Assembly: GCA_958296135.2 (NCBI GenBank)
Contig: CATQHZ020000001.1
Span: forward strand, 4,736,001-4,800,000
Direction: 5' to 3'
Origin: an uncultured Poribacteria bacterium
GTDB lineage: Bacteria > Poribacteria > WGA-4E > WGA-3G
DNA: 64,000 bases
The notes under the pieces were generated by a model. The model ran no database searches, was not told the origin of the DNA, and saw nothing but the letters and a program-made list of their open reading frames with translations. This document shows positions 49,703-59,600 of the stretch, in pieces (the stretch's first letter is position 1; each line of letters starts with the position of its first letter). The position numbers and the translations under genes were made by a program.

Positions 49703-51364
49703 ATGCAAATCATCTACGCAATTCTGGGATTCATTTTTATAGCCGCTAGCACGGTGTGGGGTGCGCGAGGAGATGAACTGCTCTCTCTCGTGCAGTCGGC
49801 GGCACTGGAGGCGCATGTCCTCGCATTGCAGGAAAACGTGCGGCTTTTTCCCCATCCACTCGCCTACCGGACGCGCAGCGCACACCATCGTGAGGCAACC
49901 GAAAATGTTGTCCGATACATCAAAAGCCAATTTCGGCGCGCACCAAGGTTAGTGATAAGTGAACAGGTTGTCGGAGGTATCCGGAATGTCGTCGCGGTTC
50001 TGCCGGCAGCGCGCTTACAAAGCGCACCTACGGTAAAAAAAGGAGAACCTACGAACCATCAAGACCGGGAGAGCACCCCTACAGGGAAGCGGGTTTTTCT
50101 TATTTGCGCGCATTATGATACGCAGGCAGACCGGGAACCGGGCTGGAACCCTCTCGCATCTCGCGCACCAGGAGCGAATAAGAATGGCACCGGTATCGCC
50201 GCGCTGTTGGAAATTGCTGATCTGCTGAGTCAATACGAATATGAACACGAGATTCGGTTTATTGCGTTGGGAGGTGAGGAGCTCGGATTTATGGGGAGTC
50301 GGAATTATGTGCGAGCCCGCTTGGAAAGCGAACCCGCGACATCTGAAGACATCACCGCTGTGTTCAACCTTGATATGCTCGGGTTTAACTGGAAACGCGA
50401 CCTGGTGGAAGTAGTCACAAACAAGGACTCGGCGTGGATAAGCCGAGCACTAACGATTGCGAATACGTGGTTTGACATCGAGCTCAAAATTCGCCGAACG
50501 CAAGATGAATTCGTCGATATCTCCTCACATCGCTCATTCTGGGACGCAGGTTACAATGCCGTGACGCTCATCGAGAGCTCCACGCCGTGGCGCGATTCGC
50601 AGCACTACGACGCAAACCCCTTCTATCATACCGCCCGGGATACCGCTGATAAGGTGAACTTCGGGCTGGTGAGAAAAGTGACGCAACTGGTGCTGGTGAC
50701 AGTGGATAGCCTCCTGACTGATATGTTTCAGCCGACGCGGCGGAACCCGAAAATTACGGTTGAGATAGCGCGCGGACAAAGCGCGTTTACCGGGGATGCA
50801 GAAGATGCGCGCGGACAAAGCGCGCCTACCGGGGCTATCGTTACGCAGAGTCCCGTGCAGATTCACGGCACGTTTGAATCCGATTTCCCGATTGACATCG
50901 TTGTGCATCCAAGCCAGGTGACAGCAGAGATAGACAGAGAAGCGCGCACCTATGCCGCAACGATACCCCTGGCACCCGGTGAAAATGTGCTTCGGATAAC
51001 GGCGCGGCATCCGCTCGGGGCGACATCGGTGGCGCAGACTGTCTTTTTCGAGCAGCCGTTCGCGTGGGAGGAAGTCGTGGTATTCCCGAATCCTGCGCGC
51101 AACCAGGGGCTTACCGAATTCCGAGTGCAAGCGAATCTCGCTATGAGTACGATGGACGTTGCCGTCTACGACGCGCACGGCAATCTGATTAAACGGATTG
51201 AGGGCGTCGCCGACCGGCTCGACCGGCGTGTCTGGCGGACATGGTGGAATCAGCAAACATCGTACGGATTGGCGGTGTCGGCGGGGGTGTATATTTGTCA
51301 TATATCGGTTGTTGCGAACGGGGAACGGTATAGGTATGTGGAGAAACTCGCGATTTTGCGGTGA
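49703..51364 (+). CDS. Secreted M28 metallopeptidase with C-terminal FlgD-Ig/T9SS-CTD-like domain
   Basis: 'AHYD', 'APGANKNGTG', 'GEELGFMGS', 'NLDM', 'YHTARD'; C-terminal 'VFPNP...VYDAHGNLI...SAGVYI'. Confidence 0.85.
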   Translation: MQIIYAILGFIFIAASTVWGARGDELLSLVQSAALEAHVLALQENVRLFPHPLAYRTRSAHHREATENVVRYIKSQFRRAPRLVISEQVVGGIRNVVAVLPAARLQSAPTVKKGEPTNHQDRESTPTGKRVFLICAHYDTQADREPGWNPLASRAPGANKNGTGIAALLEIADLLSQYEYEHEIRFIALGGEELGFMGSRNYVRARLESEPATSEDITAVFNLDMLGFNWKRDLVEVVTNKDSAWISRALTIANTWFDIELKIRRTQDEFVDISSHRSFWDAGYNAVTLIESSTPWRDSQHYDANPFYHTARDTADKVNFGLVRKVTQLVLVTVDSLLTDMFQPTRRNPKITVEIARGQSAFTGDAEDARGQSAPTGAIVTQSPVQIHGTFESDFPIDIVVHPSQVTAEIDREARTYAATIPLAPGENVLRITARHPLGATSVAQTVFFEQPFAWEEVVVFPNPARNQGLTEFRVQANLAMSTMDVAVYDAHGNLIKRIEGVADRLDRRVWRTWWNQQTSYGLAVSAGVYICHISVVANGERYRYVEKLAILR

Positions 51365-51375
51365 GCCGCTCCTTC

Positions 51376-51860
51376 CCGTAGCGCGCGGGCCGTCACGGCC
51401 ACGCCTGCAGAGCGCGAGGGAAAACCCGGCGAACACCAATCGCCGAGGGGAACCCTCGCGAGCGTGGACCGAAACAAAAACGCCACCTTCCACCGAAACA
51501 AAAACGGCCCCTTGAACCGTAGCGCGAGGGCCTGTCCCTCGCGATCGTGGGTCGAAGCGAAAACGCCACTACTACCGGCCCTAGCATGGCGCGGCACAGG
51601 ACCGCGCCCTACGGTTCAAGGGGGCCCTTCCCCTCGCGAGCCCACGACCGACACAAAAAACGCCAATACCAACCCCGCGCGCCCCCCTTGATAGACCCAC
51701 GCATGCGAGGCACAGGCCCTCGCCCTACGGACTAAGGACCACCGTCCCGCGCAATCCCCTCGATAGACCCTAGCATGGCGAGGCACAGGCCCTCGCCCTA
51801 CGGACTAAGGGAGCCCTCCCCTCGCGATCCCCCAACCGAAACGAAAACGCCACTTCCACC
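51376..51860. repeat. Mosaic REP/REPIN cluster
   Basis: REP-A GTAGCGCGAGGGCCTGTCCCTCGCG and inverted REP-B (GGCGCGGCACAGGACCGCGCCCTAC / GGCGAGGCACAGGCCCTCGCCCTAC). Confidence 0.85.
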
Positions 51861-52065
51861 GTTTTGCGCTGCTTCGCAAAAGCAAACTACTGGCCCACGT
51901 AAACTCCCGCATCAGACGCGTTTAACAATTTGCAATTGCCCCCAAAACATGGCATAATTAAAGAAGACAGCATCCCATTTTTCTATAGGACGCAGAACCG
52001 AGACGAACAACGTAACGGACGCGGTTGAAAACCGCGCCTACCGGAGGGAATAAGGTGATTTCATC

Positions 52066-52671
52066 ATGGCATATAGCAATTGGACCTTAGATGCAGTGCA
52101 GGAAAAGTTTCAATTGGAAGAGATTGATGCCCAGGGCATCTTTGCAGACATTGAACCGGTGGCACCGAGTGCCCATCTGACCGCGGCCTTGGAACGTAAA
52201 GCGGCGTTAGCCATCGCTATCAGCACAGAGAAGGCAAAATCCGAACTCATTGTCGCCGATGTACTCGTGGAACTCCGCGAGCATTTTGAGAGACGCATCA
52301 GTTTTTTCTCCGGGATTGAGTTCAACGTGGATGCCGAAAACGACCTGAACGGCGTATGTGATTTTGTCGTCAGTCTCTCGCCGCGGCAATTTTCTTTGAA
52401 GGCACCTGTCATCGTCCTTGTTGAGGCGAAAAGGGATAACCTGACAGAGGGGCTCGGGCAGTGTGTCGCGGAAATGGTCGCAGCCCAACGTTTTAACGCG
52501 GCAGCCGGGAATGACATTCCGGGTGTCTATGGGGCTACCACATCAGGCACAGAATGGCTATTCCTCAAGTTAGAGGGGCAGAAACTCTGCATTGACATGA
52601 CCGCGTATCACATCGAGCGGTGCGACAGGGTCCTCGGTATCCTTGCAAGTATGGTGGCACAAAAGGCATGA
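52066..52671 (+). CDS. PD-(D/E)xK nuclease-like hypothetical protein (intact paralog)
   Basis: 'TEKAKSELIV', 'GVCDF', 'LVEAKRD', 'GQCVAEMVAAQ', 'GATTSGTEWLFL'. Confidence 0.8.
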   Translation: MAYSNWTLDAVQEKFQLEEIDAQGIFADIEPVAPSAHLTAALERKAALAIAISTEKAKSELIVADVLVELREHFERRISFFSGIEFNVDAENDLNGVCDFVVSLSPRQFSLKAPVIVLVEAKRDNLTEGLGQCVAEMVAAQRFNAAAGNDIPGVYGATTSGTEWLFLKLEGQKLCIDMTAYHIERCDRVLGILASMVAQKA

Positions 52672-52811
52672 GTGGGCAGAAAAAGAAGAGTGAAGCGATA
52701 GCGCGCGGTTTTCCTTGACATCGCTCCGCTGGATAGGGTATCATAAAAATGTTGACAAAAGATAACGGACAAACGGTGCCAGCTCGGCACACTCACACTC
52801 GGAGGAATTTA

Positions 52812-53309
52812 ATGGCAGACACACACAAACCCGCACCAGAACAGCCACCCCCCGCAACGCGTTCAACCGTCTTTACCGTCAAAGACGCAGAAAGAGCCGT
52901 CTACAACTTTCTCGCTCTCACCGTGGTCTACATTCTCGCGGTTTTCGCCTACGAGATTGACACCGCCTGGCACGGTTTCCTCGCGGTAGGGTGGATACTC
53001 TTTATACATTCACCGCAGTTTCTCGCAACTGCAACAATTCTCATCATTTCCCGAGAAGGAGGGGATATCATGTTATTCCGACGTTGGACAGAAGCCCGGC
53101 GACAGCACGCCGCAGCCGTCGCCAAAGCCAAAGACGAAGGCCGGAGCCAAGGCCTCAACCAAGGGCGCGACGAAGGCTTCAACCAAGGCCGCAACGAAGG
53201 GCGCGACGAAGGCCGCAACGAGATGCAGCAGCAGTGGACCGCGTGGAACACACGCCGCCTCGCCGCTGCAGCGAAGGGCGAACCTTTCAACGAACCACCG
53301 CCGCAATAA
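52812..53309 (+). CDS. Membrane protein with GRxEG repeats and C-terminal WxxRR...GEPFxEPPP motif
   Basis: GGAGGA RBS at 52801; hydrophobic N-half; in-frame internal AGGAGG-N7-ATG at 53070. Confidence 0.7.
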   Translation: MADTHKPAPEQPPPATRSTVFTVKDAERAVYNFLALTVVYILAVFAYEIDTAWHGFLAVGWILFIHSPQFLATATILIISREGGDIMLFRRWTEARRQHAAAVAKAKDEGRSQGLNQGRDEGFNQGRNEGRDEGRNEMQQQWTAWNTRRLAAAAKGEPFNEPPPQ

Positions 53310-53314
53310 ACGGC

Positions 53315-53975
53315 AAAAAAAGCGTGGGCCATTTCCATAAATGGCCCACGCTTCTCGCGTCCAAAAAAACGCCAATACCAACCGAAACGCAAGAAACAGC
53401 ACCTTAAACCGGCCGCGCGAACCCCCCTGATTGACCCTAGCATGGCGCGGCACAGGACCGCGCCCTACGGACTAAGGGGGCCCTTTCCCTCGCGAAGCCC
53501 CGAACGAAACGAAAACGCAAAAACGCTACTTTTACCGTAGCGCGAGGGCCCGGCGATCACTAATCGCCGAGGGTTCCCCTCGCGATCGTGGGTCGAGCCG
53601 AAGAACCTCCCCTCCTACCGTAGCGCGAGGGCCCGGCGAGCGCGAATCGCCGAGGGAAACCCTCGCAATCGTAGGAGACGAAAACGGCCCTTCCACCGGC
53701 CCTCGCGAACCCCTTCGATTGACCCACACATGGCGCAGCACAGGACCGCGCCCTACGGTTCAAGGGGGGGCCTGTCACTCGCGAACCCCCTTGATAGACC
53801 CACGCATGGCGCAGCACAGCACCGCGCCCTACAGACTAAGGACCACCGGCCCGCGCAATCCCCTCAATAGACCCAGGCATGGCGCAGCACAAGACCGCGC
53901 CCTACGGTTCAAGGGGGCCCTCCCCTAAAAAAAAGCGTGGGCCATTTCCATAAATGGCCCACGCTTCTCGCGCCC
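53315..53975. repeat. REP/REPIN cluster bounded by two identical terminator-like hairpins
   Basis: A7-GCGTGGGCCATTT-ccat-AAATGGCCCACGC at 53315-53353 and 53927-53966; REP-A/REP-B copies between. Confidence 0.85.
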
Positions 53976-53981
53976 AAACCG

Positions 53982-54350
53982 CTAAGGTTCGGTGGAAACT
54001 CGTTCCAACTCAACGGTGCCAGTGACGAAATTAACCTGAAGCCGATAGGCACGCAACAGACGCGTCCCAAGCAGAATGTGACTATCTGCAACGAACGTCG
54101 TCCTTGCCCGAATGACTTGGCCGTCAAAAGGGAATTCAACTAAATAGACATCTTCCTCAATAGTTTGGCCCCCAGCTAACGCAAAAGTGACGGGCCCCAT
54201 ATAATTGACGACGTTCAAAGACGCGCGCAAGGTTTCTGGTAATTCCAAATCGCCGTTGAAACCGGTATCAATGGTAGCCACCCATTCGCGCCCTGCAACC
54301 CACAGGCGAATCGTCGGCACACCCGCTGCCGTGACTTTCCCCTGAATCAC
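53982..54350 (-). CDS. Clan AA (retropepsin-like) aspartyl protease
   Basis: 'ATIDTGFNGDL' and 'ILLGT'; start overlaps the upstream stop. Confidence 0.85.
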   Translation of the reverse strand: MIQGKVTAAGVPTIRLWVAGREWVATIDTGFNGDLELPETLRASLNVVNYMGPVTFALAGGQTIEEDVYLVEFPFDGQVIRARTTFVADSHILLGTRLLRAYRLQVNFVTGTVELERVSTEP

Positions 54351-54598
54351 CGACGGCCCCCTTTCAAAAAATAGGTTGCATGCCCAACGCGTTCAAAGAA
54401 AATGGGAGACTTCAAGCCTTCCGCTGCCCGTTGCTCAACGACATCTTCCATTGACTCACCGAACCAGATTCGGCCGCTTTTCGGATCGATGCCCGCTGTC
54501 TGCCCATGCCGCTCCGAGAGGTCATGCGCTTCTTGATACGCCTCCCAAACCTGCCGGCACTTGACTGAATCAGCCGGATCCCATCTTGGATCTCTCAT
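54347..54598 (-). CDS. Small partner protein (DUF5678-like) of the aspartyl protease
   Basis: AAGGAGG RBS; 'GQTAGIDPKSGRIWFGES...FFERVG'; 4-bp overlap; own TTGACA promoter at 54636-54665. Confidence 0.6.
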   Translation of the reverse strand: MRDPRWDPADSVKCRQVWEAYQEAHDLSERHGQTAGIDPKSGRIWFGESMEDVVEQRAAEGLKSPIFFERVGHATYFLKGGRR

Positions 54599-54665
54599 CC
54601 TGAAATCCTCCTTGATACTAGACAACTTATACAATAAAATACCATCCCTCGCAAGCAAATGTCAA

Positions 54666-55095
54666 CAAAAAACGCCAATACCACGAATAGGCCCCTTGAA
54701 CCGTAGCGCGAGGGCCTGTCCCTCGCGAATCCCCGACCGACACAAAAAACGCCACCTTCCACCCAAACAAAAACGGCCCTTAAACCGTAGCGCGAGGGCC
54801 GTCACGCCGAAACTTTGTCATCTCTGCAGTCCCGCTGCAGAGATGTCCACTGTCCCTCGCGATCCCTCGATCCAAGCGAAAACGCCAATTAAACCGCAGC
54901 GCGAACCCCTTCGATTGACCTAGCATGGCGCAGCACAGGACCGCGCCCTACGGACTAAGGAAGCCCTCCCCTCGCGATCCCTCGATCCAAGCGAAAACGC
55001 CAATTAAACCGCAGCGCGAACCCCCCTTGATAGACCCACGCATGGCGCAGCACAGGACCGCGCCCTACGGTTCAAGGGGGCCCTTTCCTTTCCCT
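54666..55095. repeat. REP/REPIN cluster downstream of RAYT
   Basis: REP-A (plain and with a 50-bp loop cassette) and tandem REP-B units. Confidence 0.85.
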
Positions 55096-55604
55096 CCACC
55101 ACGGCGAAAATTCTCTGGCACAAGATAGGACCGGTCCAAAACCCACTGCCGCGGATTATTTTCAATATACGCACGAAACGCTCCCAAATCTGACGCATCG
55201 CGGATAACGTGCTCATGGAAACCCGGCTGCCACAACTTTTTACTAAAACGCCGCCAGCCCGCCGATGAAACTCCCCGAATATACGCACGCGTCGTAACAG
55301 ACTTAAAATAATTCACAATCTCCAGCAAGGACACCGCCGGAGAAGACTCCCGCAAAATAAATAAGATACCGTGGAAATGATCCGGCATCGCCTGACAAAA
55401 ATCCATCTGGAGATGTGGATACCGATGCCGCAATGCTGCCCACTGCCTTTCAAGCATGCTCGCAGCATCGTTTAAGATGAGCGCACCATCGCTGAGACCG
55501 CCGAAAAGGCAGGAGCGGTTGCGGGTAGCAAGGGTAACAAGGTACGCCCCCGGCTGGGAATAGTCGTATGCAGTGAGATGCGGATTTTTGCGTGATTTTT
55601 TCAT
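55065..55604 (-). CDS. REP-associated tyrosine transposase (RAYT, IS200/Y1 HUH family)
   Basis: 'YDYSQPGAYLVTLAT', HUH 'MPDHFHGI', 'FKS', 'LWQPGFHEHVIR', catalytic 'YIENNP'; flanked by REPs on both sides. Confidence 0.92.
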   Translation of the reverse strand: MKKSRKNPHLTAYDYSQPGAYLVTLATRNRSCLFGGLSDGALILNDAASMLERQWAALRHRYPHLQMDFCQAMPDHFHGILFILRESSPAVSLLEIVNYFKSVTTRAYIRGVSSAGWRRFSKKLWQPGFHEHVIRDASDLGAFRAYIENNPRQWVLDRSYLVPENFRRGGGKGKGPLEP

Positions 55605-56575
55605 AAACAAAAACGGCCCCTTAAACCGTACAAAAACGGCCCTTGAACCGTAGCGCGAGGGCCCGGCGATCGCGAATCGCCGAGGGTTCCCCTCGCGATC
55701 GTGGATCGAAACAAAAACGCCCCTTTTACCGTAGCGCGAGGGCCGTTACGCCGAAACTTTGTCATCTCTGCAGCCTCGCTGCAGAGATGTCCACTGTCCC
55801 TCGCGATCGTTGATCGAAACAAAAACGCCCCTTGAACCGTAGCGCGAGGGCCGTCACGCCGAAACTTTGTCATCTCTGCCGCCTCGCTGCAGAGATGTCC
55901 ACTGTCCCTCGCGAACCCTCGACCCAAACAAAAACGGCCCTTCCACCAAAACAAAAACGGCCCCTTTTACCGTAGCGCGAGGGCCGTTACGCCGAAACTT
56001 TGTCATCTCTGCCGCCTCGCTGCAGAGATGTCCACTGTCCCTCGCGATCGTGGGTCGAGCCGAAGAACCTCCCCTCATTCCGTCTTGATAGACCTTAGCA
56101 TGGCGAGGCACAAGACCTCGCCCTACGGACTAAGGGGCCCTTTCCCTCGCGAACCCCATCGATAGACCTTAGCATGGCGAGGCACAAGACCTCGCCCTAC
56201 GGACTAAGGGGCCCTTTCCCTCGCGAACCCCATCGATAGACCTAGCATGGCGCAGCACAGGACCGCGCCCTACGGTTCAAGGGGCCCTTTCCCTCGCGAA
56301 CCCCATCGATTGACCTTAGCATGGCGAGGGACAGGCCCTCGCCCTACGGTTCAAGGGGCCCTTTCCCTCTGGCATGGCGAGGCACAAGACCTCGCCCTAC
56401 GGTTCAAGGGGCCCTTTCCCTCTGGCATGGCGCAGCACAAGACCGCGCCCTACGGTTCAAGGGGGCCCTTTCCCTCTAGCATGGCGCGGCACAGCACCGC
56501 GCCCTACGGACTAAGGGGCCACCCCTTAAAACAAAAAGCGCGGGCAATTTCATAAGAAATCGCCCGCGCTTCGCG
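55605..56575. repeat. Large REP/REPIN field upstream of RAYT
   Basis: Four REP-A units (three with cassette i, one with cassette ii), then about seven tandem REP-B units; terminator-like hairpin at 56533-56572. Confidence 0.88.
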
Positions 56576-56600
56576 TTAGATGAGCTCTCCCTGAGAGAGA

Positions 56601-59600
56601 CTACTCACGATATTTCAATGCACCCCAGGTGGTCGTCGCTTTCCCTGCAGCACCCACATGCCCGTAAAGACGCGTGGTCCGCAAGGTCTGACGATCTCCA
56701 TCCAAGGAGACATCTTCGATTTGATAGAAATACAGAACATTCGGTTTGGCACTGGTGTCCGTCCACGTATACGTGTTCTTCTCACCCGTCGTGCCCGCAC
56801 CCGGAATCAACTGCGAATTGATCTTCGTGAACTCGCCTGTCCGAGACGCGCCACGCAGAATGTTAAACCCTGCATTGTCTAACTCAGACTCCGTCGCCCA
56901 CGTGATGACAACAGCACCCGCATCGTTACGCTTCGAGTAGAAACTCGACAACTGAACAGGCAGCGGACCGCCCGGCGTATAACCCGGTGTGCCGATATCG
57001 TCTTCATCGCCGTAGTAGAGGGTCTCAACACCCACTTCGCCACCATTCGTGTTGACCGCGGAACGCCATGCATCATCTTCCGTGCCATCACCTTCGGTGC
57101 CACTCACGCGGACCATGGAACTACGGCCGCCCTCTTCAAGGTTACCACCCTTCAAGGGCCAATTCGGTGCGGCGTTGCGCTTGTCGTCAAGGTTACCCAC
57201 CTCATCTACCATCACCTTATCAGGATCGGAGAGGCTGATGTAGAACCCAATGGTACTCAGCACGGCATCCCGACGACTTGTCATTTCTGCCGTATCGCGG
57301 AGACTCCGGGTCGACCAGATGCTGATAATCCGATCTCTCGGGAACCGCTTGTCGTCGTTGGAATCACCAGACGCACTCACAACCAGAACGGTCTGATTCG
57401 GCTGGATCCGCACGTCAGGCAGTCTCAACTCATAGTCAAACTTGACATTCAGGTCCTCCGAAGCATCGCTGACGTTCCGGACATTCAGTCTCCAACCATT
57501 TAACTTGACAGCCTGCGTCTTGGAGGGGTTATACAGCTCGATCCACTGCGGCACGCGGCCATTACCTGTGCCGAACATAATCTCGCTGATAACAACAGGA
57601 TCGGAGGCCGTGAGATCTTTGACTTTATCCTTCACGGCACCGTTGTCGTAACCCGGTGTACCGCTATTCATCGTAGTCGCAGCCCGGTCTATCCCGAGAC
57701 CCGTCACGCCGCCATCATGCTTCCAAGCATCGGCGTGGTCAAGGTTCTTGCCCTTGTCACGAACCCAGGTGTTGCCATTGCTCTCATTGAGATCGTTGGT
57801 TTGAATCGCCTCCCAGACTTTCAGCGGCCAGACTTTGGTACCCCGAGCATCATCGCTGAGGTTCAGATTCCCGATATGCCCAGCGATGTCAACAATCTTC
57901 TCATCTGATCCGAGCTTTTTCTCCGTCCGAAGGACGAGGAGGTAATTCTCTTTCGGAATATTCAGACCGCTGTCAATATAGAATTGCGTCGGCAAACCGT
58001 TCGCATTGCTACTCGGATTGTCAACGTTCTCACCCGCGGAGAGTGAAGTCTCGGACGGATCTTCATTGACAACCATCAGGAAGCCTTTCGCGGGAACCAT
58101 AATGTTCTCATCGCTCTCAAACGTAAACAGTTCGACGTCTTTATCATTACCAACACCGGTAACTTTGCTCAACACCCAGCCGTTGATTTTGACATCGGCA
58201 CTGCCAGGGTTGTAAAGTTCAAGCCAGTCGTCTTTCTCGCTGCTGCGGTTAGCAACCTCGTTGAAAACAACCGACTTGCTGATGCTCGTCTTGGTAATCT
58301 GCACCACCGCGCTTGTGCCCGGTGTGCCGAGACGAAGACCGCTCATGTTACGGCGGGGAGCCTTAGAAGCCTGCCAACTGCCGGATCTCGCACCGTCAGG
58401 AACCGCCCCTAATTGCTTATTCCGATTCTTAGCCGCGTCATTGGCATCATGTACCTTAGCGACATCAACGTAATTGATCTTACGCTCCATCGAAACGAGT
58501 TGACGTGCAGATACAACCACCGTCGCCTCTGTACGCCCACCTTGCCCGTAGGCACCACCGGCTACGTCGGAAACCTGCCAATAATTTTCGCCTAATCCCC
58601 AGTTAGTCAATTTATCAACCACTGGCGCAGCGGTAGTCGTGGCAGGGCCCGCTTTATCTGCGGGAACCGCAAGCATCGTAGCACCATTACCACCGTCTGT
58701 AAACTCAACTGTAAGCATGCCGGTGATAGCACTCGCTGTGGTATTATAGATTTCAATCCACTGGCTGTTCGTTGAAGGATTCTTCGAGGCATCGTTACCC
58801 CACATCAACTCACTGATAACGAGATCTTTCACATTCGCCCCAGTGAATTTCAGATCTATAGCACCACCACTGCCGGTCGCAAGGAAGTCACTCAGATCGA
58901 CCCAAGCTTCGTCTGCAACGTCCACGGGTGTGAGACCCGTAATACCGGAATCGTTAGGAGACTTCGCAAGCACCGTCCAATCATTAGCCGGAACTGTGAC
59001 CTGGACACTAAATCCTTTTCTTCCTGTCGGAAGCGACGTGCCAATTCCAGTCGGTGTCGTGGTAACAGGCACTGTAGTAACGGTAACTGTAAACGGCTTT
59101 GAGATCGCGGCATTACCGAGACCCGCTGACATCACACCATCTGCCTTCACTGTGACTGTCACAGGAGACTTCCGATCAGCCGCGTCCGGCAGCACAACCA
59201 TCGCAGTGTAGATAGCTTTCACGTCAGCCGTAGGAGGCATCGTTAGATCTCTGCTCAGACTACCTTCTTCAAGCGAACCGTTAGTAACGGTAATATCTGT
59301 CGCCTGTAAGCCATCGTTGGCACCGGCTCCCGGTTCCGCTGAAAGTTCAAACGTTACAGGAAATTTAAGCGTCATCGCATCAATCGGCACCGTAACCGTA
59401 GAATTAATGGTCACCGTCGGACGAGGGTTAATCGTGACATCCTCCGTCATCGCAGGATCGAGCTTGTTCCCGTTCACATCAGCGACAGCATCCTTCTTCA
59501 CCCCGACTGTCACCTTCGTGGCACCGTCAGCCGGATTGATGACAACAATAAACGTAGGTGTGCCCGCTGCAGCACCAGGTTTTGCCCACGAACCTACAAC

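Noticed and set aside
51298-51957. Short ORFs in REP fields (also 53.5-53.9, 54.6-55.1, 55.6-56.6 and 62.0-62.6 kb)
   Set aside because: Translations of GC-rich repeats with no RBS or domain signal.
55605-56575. CRISPR array
   Set aside because: Units are GTAG-hairpin REPs with repeated rather than unique spacers, irregular period and mixed orientation; there are no cas genes, and the adjacent gene is a RAYT.
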